From the NCBI GenBank assembly GCA_963798085.1, contig CAWCRS010000009.1:281869-345868 (forward strand): a stretch of 64,000 nt of DNA, given 5' to 3'. Positions within the stretch are counted from its first letter, which is position 1. Every line of letters starts with the position of its first letter. The position numbers and the translations under genes are program-made. The notes beneath the pieces were generated by a model that saw nothing but the letters and a program-made list of their open reading frames with translations, was not told the origin of the DNA and did no database searches. The DNA is from an uncultured Gemmatimonadales bacterium (GTDB lineage: Bacteria > Gemmatimonadota > Gemmatimonadetes > Longimicrobiales > RSA9). Of the stretch, positions 10,493 through 19,731 are shown piece after piece.

Positions 10493-11260
10493 ATGTTAGA
10501 GATTCTGCGGGCTCGTCTCGACCAGGGGCATCGCACGATCCGGTTTCCGCCCGAGGATGCCGGGCTGCCGGAGCGCTACCGGGGCAGGCCGGTGATCGGC
10601 GAGGGGCCGTGCCCGGACGGCTGCGACGAGTGCCGTGAGGCCTGTCCGACCGAAGCGATCGTGATCGAAGGCGGAGGCGTTCAGCTCGACCTGGGTCGCT
10701 GCGTCTTCTGCGGCGCATGCGAGGCCGCATGTCCGGCAGGGGTCATCACGTTTGGCCAGGACTATCGCATGGCAACACGCACGCGCCAGGATCTCGTCGT
10801 GCGCGCAGACGCCGAATACCCGCTCGCAATGGAACTCGACAAGCATATGCGTCGCCTCTTCGGACGCTCACTCAAGCTGCGACAGGTCTCGGCGGGCGGC
10901 TCCGGGGCCGAAGAAGCAGACTGCAACGTGCTGAACACCGTCGTATTCGACCTCGCTCGCTTCGGCATCCAGTTCGTCGCCTCGCCTCGCCACGCTGACG
11001 GACTGCTGGTCACCGGACCCGTCTCGCGCAATATGCGCCGCGCGCTCGAGCTGACCTGGGAAGCGCTGCCTTCACCCCGCCTGGTCATCGCGGTGGGCGC
11101 CTCCGCGATCAGTGGCGGTCCCTGGCGCGGCCAGCCCGCTGTCCTCGACGGCGTCAGCGCCATTCTGCCTGTCGATCTCTACATTCCGGGTTTTCCGCCA
11201 CATCCTCTTACGATCCTCAATGGGCTTCTTCGGCTTCTCTCTCACCGCGGAGTGCGCTGA
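10493..11260 (+). CDS. Ehr small subunit: 2x[4Fe-4S] ferredoxin domain fused to a NuoB/HyfI-like domain
   Basis: CPDGCDECREACP and CVFCGACEAACP, then RSLKLRQVSAGG, DLARFGIQFVASPRHADGLLVTGPV, DLYIPGxPPHP. Confidence 0.9.
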   Translation: MLEILRARLDQGHRTIRFPPEDAGLPERYRGRPVIGEGPCPDGCDECREACPTEAIVIEGGGVQLDLGRCVFCGACEAACPAGVITFGQDYRMATRTRQDLVVRADAEYPLAMELDKHMRRLFGRSLKLRQVSAGGSGAEEADCNVLNTVVFDLARFGIQFVASPRHADGLLVTGPVSRNMRRALELTWEALPSPRLVIAVGASAISGGPWRGQPAVLDGVSAILPVDLYIPGFPPHPLTILNGLLRLLSHRGVR

Positions 11261-11816
11261 GGGCGCAGAGAGCGGCTCCGGAGAGATCAGGCCGGGGGCG
11301 GGAACAGATTCTGTTGATCTGGTTTCACCCGGAGGCCGGTGAGGACGCGGAGGATGCAGGGCCACTCTGGTGTTTGTGTCTGGTTCTTTCAGCATGTCAC
11401 CAGAGGTCAATGTCTTTTCTTTCGCATTTGGCAGAGGCCGATCTCATGCTTGGACGTTGGTGTGCTCGGTCACGGGCGCGCGAAGTCAACGGCGTCCACG
11501 CGCGAGCCTGCGCAACGCGGATGCGCTGACGCTCGAGCTATCGCTGGGGAGTGCGGCGCGTTGCGGTGCGGGCCGGGCCGCGCGGATGAAGGTGTGATCG
11601 TGTTAAGGCACTGTTAAATGGTCGCGCACGGAGCCGCCAATGGTGGCAGCGCGCTCGACCCTCTCGCCTCACGTGGGCGTCTGCGCGTGACGGGAGGCTT
11701 GACGCTCAGACTTCAGGCAGGGACATTTCTGCTGCACCGCGTCAGACAGGGCAGGCTGCTGCGCTGCAGCACTGCCGCACGGTCACCGTCAATCGAGCTG
11801 AGAGAGTCGCCAGGGC

Positions 11817-12635
11817 ATGCCGCTCTTCATGGACCGTCACGATATTCGCAATGCAACGGCCGAGGCTGTTGCCGCGGCGCACCAGCGGGATCTCATCGTC
11901 CAGGCGAGCCATGCGTGCAAAGCTCTCACCTACTGGTTCGATGAGGACCGCGGGACGGCTTTCTGCCTCATTGAAGGACCTACCGAAGCAGCCGTTCGTG
12001 CCATGCACCGCGAAGCGCACGGCCTCATTCCCAACGTCGTCGTGGAAGTCGATCCCGCGGCTGTTGCCGGCTTCCTGGGACGCGTCACTGATCCCAATGA
12101 CGCAGTGGCGAACCCGATCCGCGAGGCAGGGTTCCGGGCACTGATGTTCACCGACATGGTGAACTCCACACTGATCACGAACACACTCGGCGACGACAGG
12201 GCACAATCGGTTCTGGCGAAGCACAATGAGATTGTGCGGAGGACGCTGCTGAGCCACGGCGGGCGCGAAATCGACCGGGCCGGTGACGGCTTCCTGATAT
12301 CCTTTTCGTCCGCCGCGCAAGCCGTGGCGTGTGCCGTGTCAATGCAGCGTGCGTTCCAGGACTACAATGCCGATGCCGCCCGTCCCGCCGACATCCAGGT
12401 GCGCATTGCGCTGGGGGCGGGCGAACCGATCGCCGACGGAGAATCGCTGTTTGGTTCCGTGGTCAACCTGACCGCGCGCATCTGCGCTCACGCTGGCGCG
12501 GGCGAGATCCTGGCTACACGCGTCGTCCGCGATCTCTGCACCGGCAAGCCGTTCACCTTCCTGCCAGCCGGCGCTCTGGAACTCAAGGGTTTCGCCGATC
12601 CGATCGAAGTGCACCGCGTCGACTGGACCGCCTGA
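11817..12635 (+). CDS. DUF4242 (SCO4226-like nickel-binding) domain fused to a class III nucleotidyl cyclase
   Basis: MPLFMDRH...AAAHQRD...YWFDEDRGTAFCLIEGP...MHREAHG; cyclase motifs FTDMVNST, GDGF, FGSVVNLTARI, LKGF. Confidence 0.85.
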   Translation: MPLFMDRHDIRNATAEAVAAAHQRDLIVQASHACKALTYWFDEDRGTAFCLIEGPTEAAVRAMHREAHGLIPNVVVEVDPAAVAGFLGRVTDPNDAVANPIREAGFRALMFTDMVNSTLITNTLGDDRAQSVLAKHNEIVRRTLLSHGGREIDRAGDGFLISFSSAAQAVACAVSMQRAFQDYNADAARPADIQVRIALGAGEPIADGESLFGSVVNLTARICAHAGAGEILATRVVRDLCTGKPFTFLPAGALELKGFADPIEVHRVDWTA

Positions 12636-12974
12636 TCCAGACCATCCGCTGAGCATCGCGCTACGGCACGATGATCCCACGGCGGGCGAAGTCACTCCCG
12701 GAGTCAGCGGTGAGGCGTTCGCGCCCCGCCGGAGCCGCCGGCACCACGCGCTTCGCCGCCCCATGAACGCCAGCTCGTGGTCAAGCACCGACCACATCAG
12801 GAGCCGCAACCCGCATTGAGCAATTAGTCCGCCCGCCCGGACCGTCCTGGCATTCTCGCGTTCCGGCCGCGTGCGCTATCGAAGCATGCGGCTTCGCGCC
12901 GCAAACGGCGTGTTACAGGACACACGCATGGCGGTACCGGCCACAACCCAAGATTTCAAAGACGGTCCGGCGAT

Positions 12975-14117
12975 TCAGTCGAGGAGCGCCACGCTCTTGA
13001 CGCGTGCGTACACGTCCAGGCCCGCGGTGATGCCGAGGCGCTGGCAGGAGTGGCGGGTGATGAGAGCGAGCAGGCCGGGTTCGCGGCTGGCGCCGGTCAT
13101 GCGCACCAGGACTTCGCCGGGTAAGGTCTCGCGCAGCTCGGCGACGCGCACCGAGAACTGATTCATGATCGTCGTGAGGGGCTCCGTCGCGAGACTGAGC
13201 GACACGTCGCTGGCTTCGATCTGGAGGCGGACGCGGCGGCCCGGCTCCCGCTGCTGCCGGCGCACCCAGACGGGACCCCACGGGCCGTCCAGCAGGGTGA
13301 GCGCGTTTGCCTCGTCGTGTTCGCGCACCACCGCGTCCACGACGACCGCCGCCTGGTCTCCCCGCGCCTGCGCGAAGTCCAGCTGTCCGATCACGGAGCC
13401 CGTCGGACCGGCAGCACGCACGCGTCCATCGACCAGCCAGATCATGTGATCCGCGAGCCGGCCCACCTCGGCCAGCGCATGACTGACATAAATGATGGGA
13501 ATGGACAATCGCTCCGGCAGCCGCTGCAGGTAGGGCAGTATCTCGAGGCGGCTGCTTTCATCGGTTGCGGAGAGCGGCTCATCCATGAGCAGCAGCCGCG
13601 GGCTCGCGAGCAGGGCACGCGTGATGGCCACACGCTGGCGTTCGCCACCGGAAAGCCCGGCGGGAGAACGCGACAGCAGCGGCTCGACTCCGAGCCATTC
13701 CACCGCATCATCCCAGGCTATGCAATGCGCGGGCGCGCGGCGCCACGCGTAACGCAGATTGCCCCGCACGTCGAGGTGCGCGAACAGGTCGGCTTCCTGG
13801 AAGACGTAACCCACCGAGCGGCGGTGCGCGGGCAGAAAGCGGTTGTCCTCGGTATCCTGCCACACCTCGTCGCCGACTCGGAGGAACCCATCCGCGACGC
13901 GTTCCAGGCCCGCGATGCAGCGCAGCAGTGTGGTTTTGCCCGCGCCCGACGGTCCAAACAATCCGGTTACACCACGCGCCGGACAACCCAGTGTCGCATC
14001 CAGCTCGAAGCGACCTCTCGCCAGACGGAATCTCGCCTCGAGACCGCTGCGGCCGGCCGCGCCGCCATCGGGCGAGGACGAAGACGTGACGGGCATCGTC
14101 GCCTGATCCCCACTCAC
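12975..14117 (-). CDS. modC: Molybdate ABC transporter ATP-binding protein
   Basis: GPSGAGKTT, LSGGERQRV, LLLMDEP and C-terminal TOBE/Mop domain (VYARVKSVAL). Confidence 0.95.
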   Translation of the reverse strand: MSGDQATMPVTSSSSPDGGAAGRSGLEARFRLARGRFELDATLGCPARGVTGLFGPSGAGKTTLLRCIAGLERVADGFLRVGDEVWQDTEDNRFLPAHRRSVGYVFQEADLFAHLDVRGNLRYAWRRAPAHCIAWDDAVEWLGVEPLLSRSPAGLSGGERQRVAITRALLASPRLLLMDEPLSATDESSRLEILPYLQRLPERLSIPIIYVSHALAEVGRLADHMIWLVDGRVRAAGPTGSVIGQLDFAQARGDQAAVVVDAVVREHDEANALTLLDGPWGPVWVRRQQREPGRRVRLQIEASDVSLSLATEPLTTIMNQFSVRVAELRETLPGEVLVRMTGASREPGLLALITRHSCQRLGITAGLDVYARVKSVALLD

Positions 14118-14803
14118 AGACGAGGCGCCTCGAAGCGCCGGCCGCCCAGCGCGTACACCACCAGCAGCACGAGGAAGGAAAACAGCAGCAGGCCCGCCGC
14201 CAGCGTGTGTGCCTGTCCATAGCGCACGGCCTCGACATCGTTGTACAGCGCAATGGAGACCACCTGTGTGCGACCCGGTATGTTGCCGCCCAGCATCAGC
14301 ACCACGCCGAACTCGCCCATGGTATGAGCGAAGGCCAGCACCGCGGCCGTGAAGAAACCGGGTCTCGCCTGCGGCAATGCGACCGAGAAGAAGCGATCGA
14401 GCGGGGAGGCGCGCAGTGTCGCCGCCACTTCGAGCGGGCGACTGCCGATTGCGAGAAACGAATTCTGCAGGGGCTGCACGACGAAAGGCAGGGAATAGAG
14501 CACGGAGCCGATCACCAGGCCGCTGAACGAGAACACCAGCCGGTCACCGCCCAATCGTTCCCAGACGCTGCCCACAGGGCCGGCCGGGCCTAACAGCACC
14601 AGCAGATAGAACCCGAGCAGCGTGGGCGGCAGCACCAGGGGCAGCGCGCATAGCGCCTCGATCACGGCACGCGCCCGGGTCCGCGTGCGCGCCAGCCACC
14701 AGGCCAGTGGCGTGCCCAGCACCAGCAGCACGGCCGTCGTCACGGACGCGAGCTTGACGCTCACGATGACGGCGCGCAGGTCGGCCGGATCAAAGGCGAT
14801 CAT
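14114..14803 (-). CDS. modB: Molybdate ABC transporter permease
   Basis: LPLVLPPTLLGFYLL, SLPFVVQPLQNSF, FAHTMGEFGVVLMLGGNIPG. Confidence 0.95.
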   Translation of the reverse strand: MIAFDPADLRAVIVSVKLASVTTAVLLVLGTPLAWWLARTRTRARAVIEALCALPLVLPPTLLGFYLLVLLGPAGPVGSVWERLGGDRLVFSFSGLVIGSVLYSLPFVVQPLQNSFLAIGSRPLEVAATLRASPLDRFFSVALPQARPGFFTAAVLAFAHTMGEFGVVLMLGGNIPGRTQVVSIALYNDVEAVRYGQAHTLAAGLLLFSFLVLLVVYALGGRRFEAPRL

Positions 14804-14978
14804 GGGTGCGGTCGCCCGGCTGACAGTGTGTTATGGAAGCCGCGGCGTGACGCTTCACGTGCCGATTCGACCTGGAAGGCTGCTTGCGGCGCCGGCGCGT
14901 CCGCGCCTGCTGTGGCTGCCGTGACGACCCATTCGCCGGTTGCCGGGTCACGTGGCCTGGCTCTGCAGAACGCGTGCA

Positions 14979-15981
14979 TCAGCGGGTGCCGTACCCGAAC
15001 GATTCGATGAGCCGCCTGGCCACGTCGCCGCGCAGGAAGTCCAGGTACGCGCGCGCCGCGGGATGGTCGCGGCCGGGCAGGAGCAGGACCGCGTCCTGCG
15101 CAAGGGGCTCATGGTACTCGGCGGGCACCAGCCAGTACGTGTGCTCCGGCTCGTGGATTACCTGCGACCACGCGACGAAGCCCAGCTCCGCCGCGCCCGA
15201 CTTCACGAACTGCAGCGTCTGCGTGAGGCTCTCGCCGCGCACGAGGCGGGCGGCAATCGCATCGTACAGACCCAGAATGCCGCAGCACCTGCATGGCCGC
15301 CACACCGTAGGGCGCCGTCTCCGGGTTGGCGATGGCAATGTGGCGAAACCGCCCGCTGCGCAGATCCTCGCCGGCCGCGCGGACGGAATCGAGCGACGGG
15401 CCGTACAGCGCGAGTCGCCCGACCGCGTACGTGAAACGCGAGCCCGCCACCGCGTAGCCATCACGCTCCAGCAGCGCGGGCCGCTCGCTGTCCGCCGACA
15501 GGAACACGTCGAAGGGGGCACCGTTGCGCGCCTGCGCGTAGAGCAGCCCGCTCGAGCCCACGCTGCTCACCACACGCTGGCCCGATCCCGCCCTGAACTT
15601 CGCCGCCAGCTGCTCCTGCACCACTGCGAAATTCGCGGCCACCGCCACTCTCACCTCTGCGGCCACCGCCACCCTCACCTCTGCGGCCACCGCCACCCTC
15701 ACCTCTGACGACTCGCGCGCTCCCGCGTATGCGTGAGCGCGCGTACCCGGACCGTCGCGCCGTCCGGCGCCCGATGTGCCGAGCCCGAGCAGCAGCAGGA
15801 ACACGCTGTGCCGCGCAGCAGCGCGCCCGCAGCGGAAGGTCGCGCGGACAGAGGTGGACACGGCTGCAGCGACACGGGCCGGCGCGCAGGCGGAGAGCCC
15901 AGCCGCGCGCGCCCGGGCGCGGCCTGACAGGCTGCCAGGCGGCCGGCGGCGGCGCCACGCGCGGATTCCTGCTGCCGCCAT
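14979..15981 (-). CDS. modA: Molybdate-binding periplasmic protein, apparent frameshift near 15277; start uncertain
   Basis: VAVAANF, GSSGLLYAQARNGAPFDVFLSAD, IAIANPETAPYG, then GESLTQTLQFVKSGAAELGFVA in the next frame; possible ATG overlapping the upstream stop. Confidence 0.88.
15635..15706 (-). repeat. 3 x 24-bp in-frame tandem repeat in modA (EVRVAVAA x3)
   Basis: gcggccaccgccac(c/t)ctcacctct occurs three times in tandem. Confidence 0.95.
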
Positions 15982-17024
15982 CACGCCAGTTCGCCGGTGC
16001 GTGCGGCGTTGTAACCCGGCAGGCCCGCCACCAGCGCTGCGTGCGCGCGTGACCGCAGACAATCGAGCAGCGCGACAATGCGCGGATCCTGCTCCTCCGC
16101 TTCCGCGAAGAACAGGTCGTAATCCTCCTGGCGCACGGGCAGGAACTCGAGACCACCCTCGCGCGCCGCCAGCTCCACGCACACACCCGCCTGCGCCCAG
16201 CCCGTGCGGATCGTCTCCACCACACCGCGATGATCCGATGCGATGCGGCGCAGCCCTTCAGGCTCCGGCTCGCGGCCCTCGAGAATCAGTTCCAGGCATT
16301 TGCGGGCGCCCGAGCCTTCTTCGCGGCCCACCCAGCGCAGCGTGGCACCCACCGCCGCGCCCACCGAGTCGACTGCCAGTCCCGGCAGCAGCGCGATACC
16401 CTCGGTCCAGCGCGCAACGTGCACACGACGGTAGCCCGGCCCTAACAGTTCCTTGACAACGATATCGTTGTCCGCAGCATCGTCGCCCAGATGAACGCCG
16501 GCCGCATGCACCAGCCCGGCCCGCAGCAGCCCGAGCGCACGCCGGCTGGAACGCAGCAGCGCCAGCACCCGGAAGCCGTGCGCCCTCGCCAGCGCTCCCG
16601 CCAGCAGGCCCACCGCCGGATCGCAGCCTGCTAACAGCAGCGTTCGGGATGGATCCGCGGACAACGCCAGCGCCTGGCCCGTGAGCCCATCGTGCGGCAC
16701 GGCGCCGGCCGCCGTGGCCTCGACCGGAACGCGCAGCACACGCCCACCCACCTGCGCCAGCCAGTACCTCGCCTCCCGCCCGGGCGACCACGCCCACGGC
16801 GCCTCCTCGTGTTCGTTCTCCGCCAGCCGGAACAACGACTCCACGCGCATCCCCAGCGCGCTCGCCAGCGCCAGCGCCGCCGCGGCTGACGGGATCAGGC
16901 GACCCGTCTCCACGGCGCTCACTTCGGCCCGTGACAGGTGCGCGCGCGCCGCCAGCTCACCTTGCGCCCAGCCGCGCGCGATTCGCTCCTCGCGCACCCG
17001 GTTTCGGAATCCCTTGCTTGTCAT
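15981..17024 (-). CDS. XRE-family HTH fused to a PBP-like (molybdate-binding type) domain; regulator
   Basis: NRVREERIARGWAQGELAARAHLSRAEVSAVETGR; LAGCDPA, WVGREEGSGARK, FLPVRQEDYDL; first gene of the mod operon. Confidence 0.85.
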   Translation of the reverse strand: MTSKGFRNRVREERIARGWAQGELAARAHLSRAEVSAVETGRLIPSAAAALALASALGMRVESLFRLAENEHEEAPWAWSPGREARYWLAQVGGRVLRVPVEATAAGAVPHDGLTGQALALSADPSRTLLLAGCDPAVGLLAGALARAHGFRVLALLRSSRRALGLLRAGLVHAAGVHLGDDAADNDIVVKELLGPGYRRVHVARWTEGIALLPGLAVDSVGAAVGATLRWVGREEGSGARKCLELILEGREPEPEGLRRIASDHRGVVETIRTGWAQAGVCVELAAREGGLEFLPVRQEDYDLFFAEAEEQDPRIVALLDCLRSRAHAALVAGLPGYNAARTGELA

Positions 17025-17025
17025 G

Positions 17026-17047
17026 ATCCTATCAGAGTTGATACGAT
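17026..17047. promoter_or_regulatory. Palindromic operator candidate ATCCTATCA-gagt-TGATACGAT
   Basis: 9-bp arms with one mismatch, directly upstream of the regulator start and between divergent genes. Confidence 0.5.
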
Positions 17048-17133
17048 GCTGAACGATGACGCGCAAGTTCGGCCCTCCGCCTTACTATCCTGCCCGCACC
17101 ACATCCCATGCCCCGGCAAAGGAGAAGACCGGC

Positions 17134-19063
17134 ATGGCTGGACCCGACCGGACGGCAGCCTCGCCGGCCAGTGCACTCGCCGCCCACGACGGCGAGCCCC
17201 ACGGCCGTTACCTGGCGCTGCTCTGCCTGGGCGCGCTGGGCGTCGTGTACGGGGACATCGGCACCAGTCCGCTGTACGCGATCCGCGAGTGCTTCTTCGG
17301 CGAGTATGCCGTGCCGCCCACGCACGCCAACGTGATGGGTGTGCTGTCGCTGATCTTCTGGTCGCTGATCCTGGTGATTTCCGTGAAGTACCTGGGCGTG
17401 GTGCTGCGCGCCGACAACCGCGGCGAGGGCGGCATTCTGGCGCTGATGGCACTGGCGCGTCCGGAGCACAGCGCGCCCGGCCGGCGCGTGAGCCTGATCA
17501 TCGGGCTGGGCCTGTTCGGCGCCGCGCTGCTCTACGGTGATGGCATGATCACGCCGGCCATTTCCGTGCTCAGCGCGATCGAGGGCCTGGAAGTCGCAAC
17601 GCCCATCTTCGCGCCCTACGTCGTGCCCCTGACTATCATCGTGTTAGTACTGCTCTTCCTCGTGCAGCGGCGCGGCACGGGTGGCGTGGGTGTCATGTTC
17701 GGCCCGGTGACGCTGGCGTGGTTCGCGGTCATCTCGGCGCTCGGCATCTGGCAGCATCGTGCGCGGGCCGGAAGTACTGCTGGCGGTGAGTCCGACGTAC
17801 GCCATCAATTTCTTCCTGCGCAACCACATGCACGGCTTCGTCGTGCTGGCCGCGGTATTCCTCGTGGTCACGGGAGGCGAGGCGCTGTACGCGGACATGG
17901 GACATTTCGGGCGGCGCCCCATCCGGCTGAGCTGGTTCATCGTGGTGCTGCCGGCGCTGCTGCTCAACTACTTCGGCCAGGGCTCACTGCTGCTGCAGAA
18001 TGCGACGACGGTGCACAACCCCTTCTTCCGGCTGGCGCCCACCTGGGCGCTCTATCCGCTCGTGGTGCTGGCCACCGCCGCCGCGGTCATTGCCTCACAG
18101 GCTGTGATCTCGGGTGCGTTCTCGCTCACGATGCAGGCCGTGCAGCTGGGCTATCTGCCACGGGTCGAAATCGACCACACGTCGGCGCGCGAGCGCGGCC
18201 AGATCTACGTGCCGCCCGTCAACTGGATCCTCATGCTCGCCTGCATCGGCCTGGTCCTGGGTTTTCGCTCATCCAGCAATCTCGCGGCTGCCTACGGTGT
18301 GGCCGTCACCACCACGATGGTGATTACGACCGTGCTGCTCTACGTCGTGGGACGACAGCGCTGGCACTGGCGCACCGCGCGGGCTCTGCCCATCACGCTC
18401 GGCTTCCTGGCCCTCGACGTGTCGTTCTTCGGCGCCAACGTGATCAAGATTCCGCACGGCGGCTGGTTCGCACTGGCGGTGGCCGGTTTCATTTACCTGC
18501 TCATGACCACGTGGAAACGCGGTCGCGCCATCCTCGCGCAGCGGCTGCGTGATGCATCGACGCCGCTCGAGGACGTGCTGGCCGGCCTGAGTCGCGATGG
18601 CCCGCACCGCGTGCGCGGCACCGCCGTGTTCATGACCGGCCACTCGCAGGGCACGCCGCCCGCGCTGCTGCACAACCTGAAACACAACCAGGTGCTGCAC
18701 GAGCAGGTGGTCCTCCTCACCATCGTGACCGAGGACATCCCGCACGTCGCGCTCAGCGATCGTTTCACTGTACAGGAACTGGGGCAGGGCTTCTTCCGCG
18801 TCGTCGCACACTACGGTTTCATGGAAGAGCCCGACGTGCCCCAGCTGTTCCAGCTGGCGCGTGAGCGCGGCCTCAAGACCGAGCTGATGCGCACCACCTT
18901 CTTCCTCGGCCGCGAGCGCATCATCTCGCGCAAGCGCCGCGGGCTCGGCCGACTGCGCGACAATCTCTTCGCCGTCATGTCCCAGAACGCCCAGGGAGCG
19001 ACCTCATTCTTCCGCATCCCCCCTAACCGCGTGGTAGAGCTGGGCGCCCAGATCGAGATCTGA
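17134..19063 (+). CDS. kup: KUP/HAK/KT potassium transporter, apparent frameshift near 17752
   Basis: [67 protein letters not shown] ribosome-binding site upstream. Confidence 0.95.
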
Positions 19064-19084
19064 CTGGAACTACGACTGCGCTTC

Positions 19085-19216
19085 TGGGCTGGGGCTCGGG
19101 CTGGTTGCTCGGAACGGACGTACGGATCCAACGGCGTTGCTTGGACTGGGGCTCGGGCCGGTTGCTCGGGAACGGACGTACGGATCCAACGGCGTTGCTT
19201 GGGCTGGGGCCCGGGC
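19085..19216 (+). repeat. Tandem 57-58-bp repeat (two full copies plus a partial one)
   Basis: tgggctggggctcgggctggttgctc(g)ggaacggacgtacggatccaacggcgttgct at 19085 and 19142; partial copy at 19200. Confidence 0.9.
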
Positions 19217-19262
19217 AACGCTGTTCCAGACCCATGACAGCCGCCACTCACCCCAACCAGTC

Positions 19263-19316
19263 TTGACGCAAAGGCAGCTCCCCCGCATATATCGCCACCC
19301 GGTATATCGCCACCCG
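19263..19316 (+). promoter_or_regulatory. Putative sigma70 promoter overlapped by a tandem PadR operator candidate
   Basis: TTGACG-17bp-CATATA; TATATCGCCACCCG repeated at 19288 and 19303. Confidence 0.6.
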
Positions 19317-19329
19317 ATTGAGGTCCGCC

Positions 19330-19704
19330 ATGATCCGTTCGCGACGCGCACCCGATCCGCGGGAACTGCTGCCACTCACGCCCGCCGCGTTCCACATTCT
19401 GCTCGCGTTGCTGGACAACGATCTGCACGGCTACGCCATCATGCGCGCGGTGCAGGAGCGATCATCCGGCGAGGTGCGATTGGGGCCGGGCACACTGTAC
19501 GGCGCCATCAAGCGGCTGCTGGACCAGCACGTCGTGGAGGAACTCGCGGAGCGACCCGAGCCGGATCAGGATGACGAGCGTCGTCGCTATTACCGGCTGA
19601 CCGCATTCGGCAGGCAGGTGCTGGCCGCCGAGGCGGACCGGCTGGAGGCGCTGGTCAGGGCGGTGCGCGCGCGCAAGCTGCAGCCGCGCACGCGGCCGTC
19701 CTGA
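19330..19704 (+). CDS. padR: PadR-family transcriptional regulator
   Basis: FHILLALLDNDLHGYAIM...LGPGTLYGAIKRL...RRRYYRLTAFGR. Confidence 0.92.
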   Translation: MIRSRRAPDPRELLPLTPAAFHILLALLDNDLHGYAIMRAVQERSSGEVRLGPGTLYGAIKRLLDQHVVEELAERPEPDQDDERRRYYRLTAFGRQVLAAEADRLEALVRAVRARKLQPRTRPS

Positions 19705-19731
19705 ACGGTTGCCTGAACACGTCGTTATCGA

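Noticed and set aside
3144..11260. Functional [NiFe] hydrogenase-4 / formate hydrogenlyase
   Set aside because: No Ni-binding CxxC motifs, and no maturation or formate dehydrogenase genes in the window
19085..19216. Mini CRISPR array
   Set aside because: The units are contiguous near-identical tandem copies with no unique spacers, and no cas genes are present
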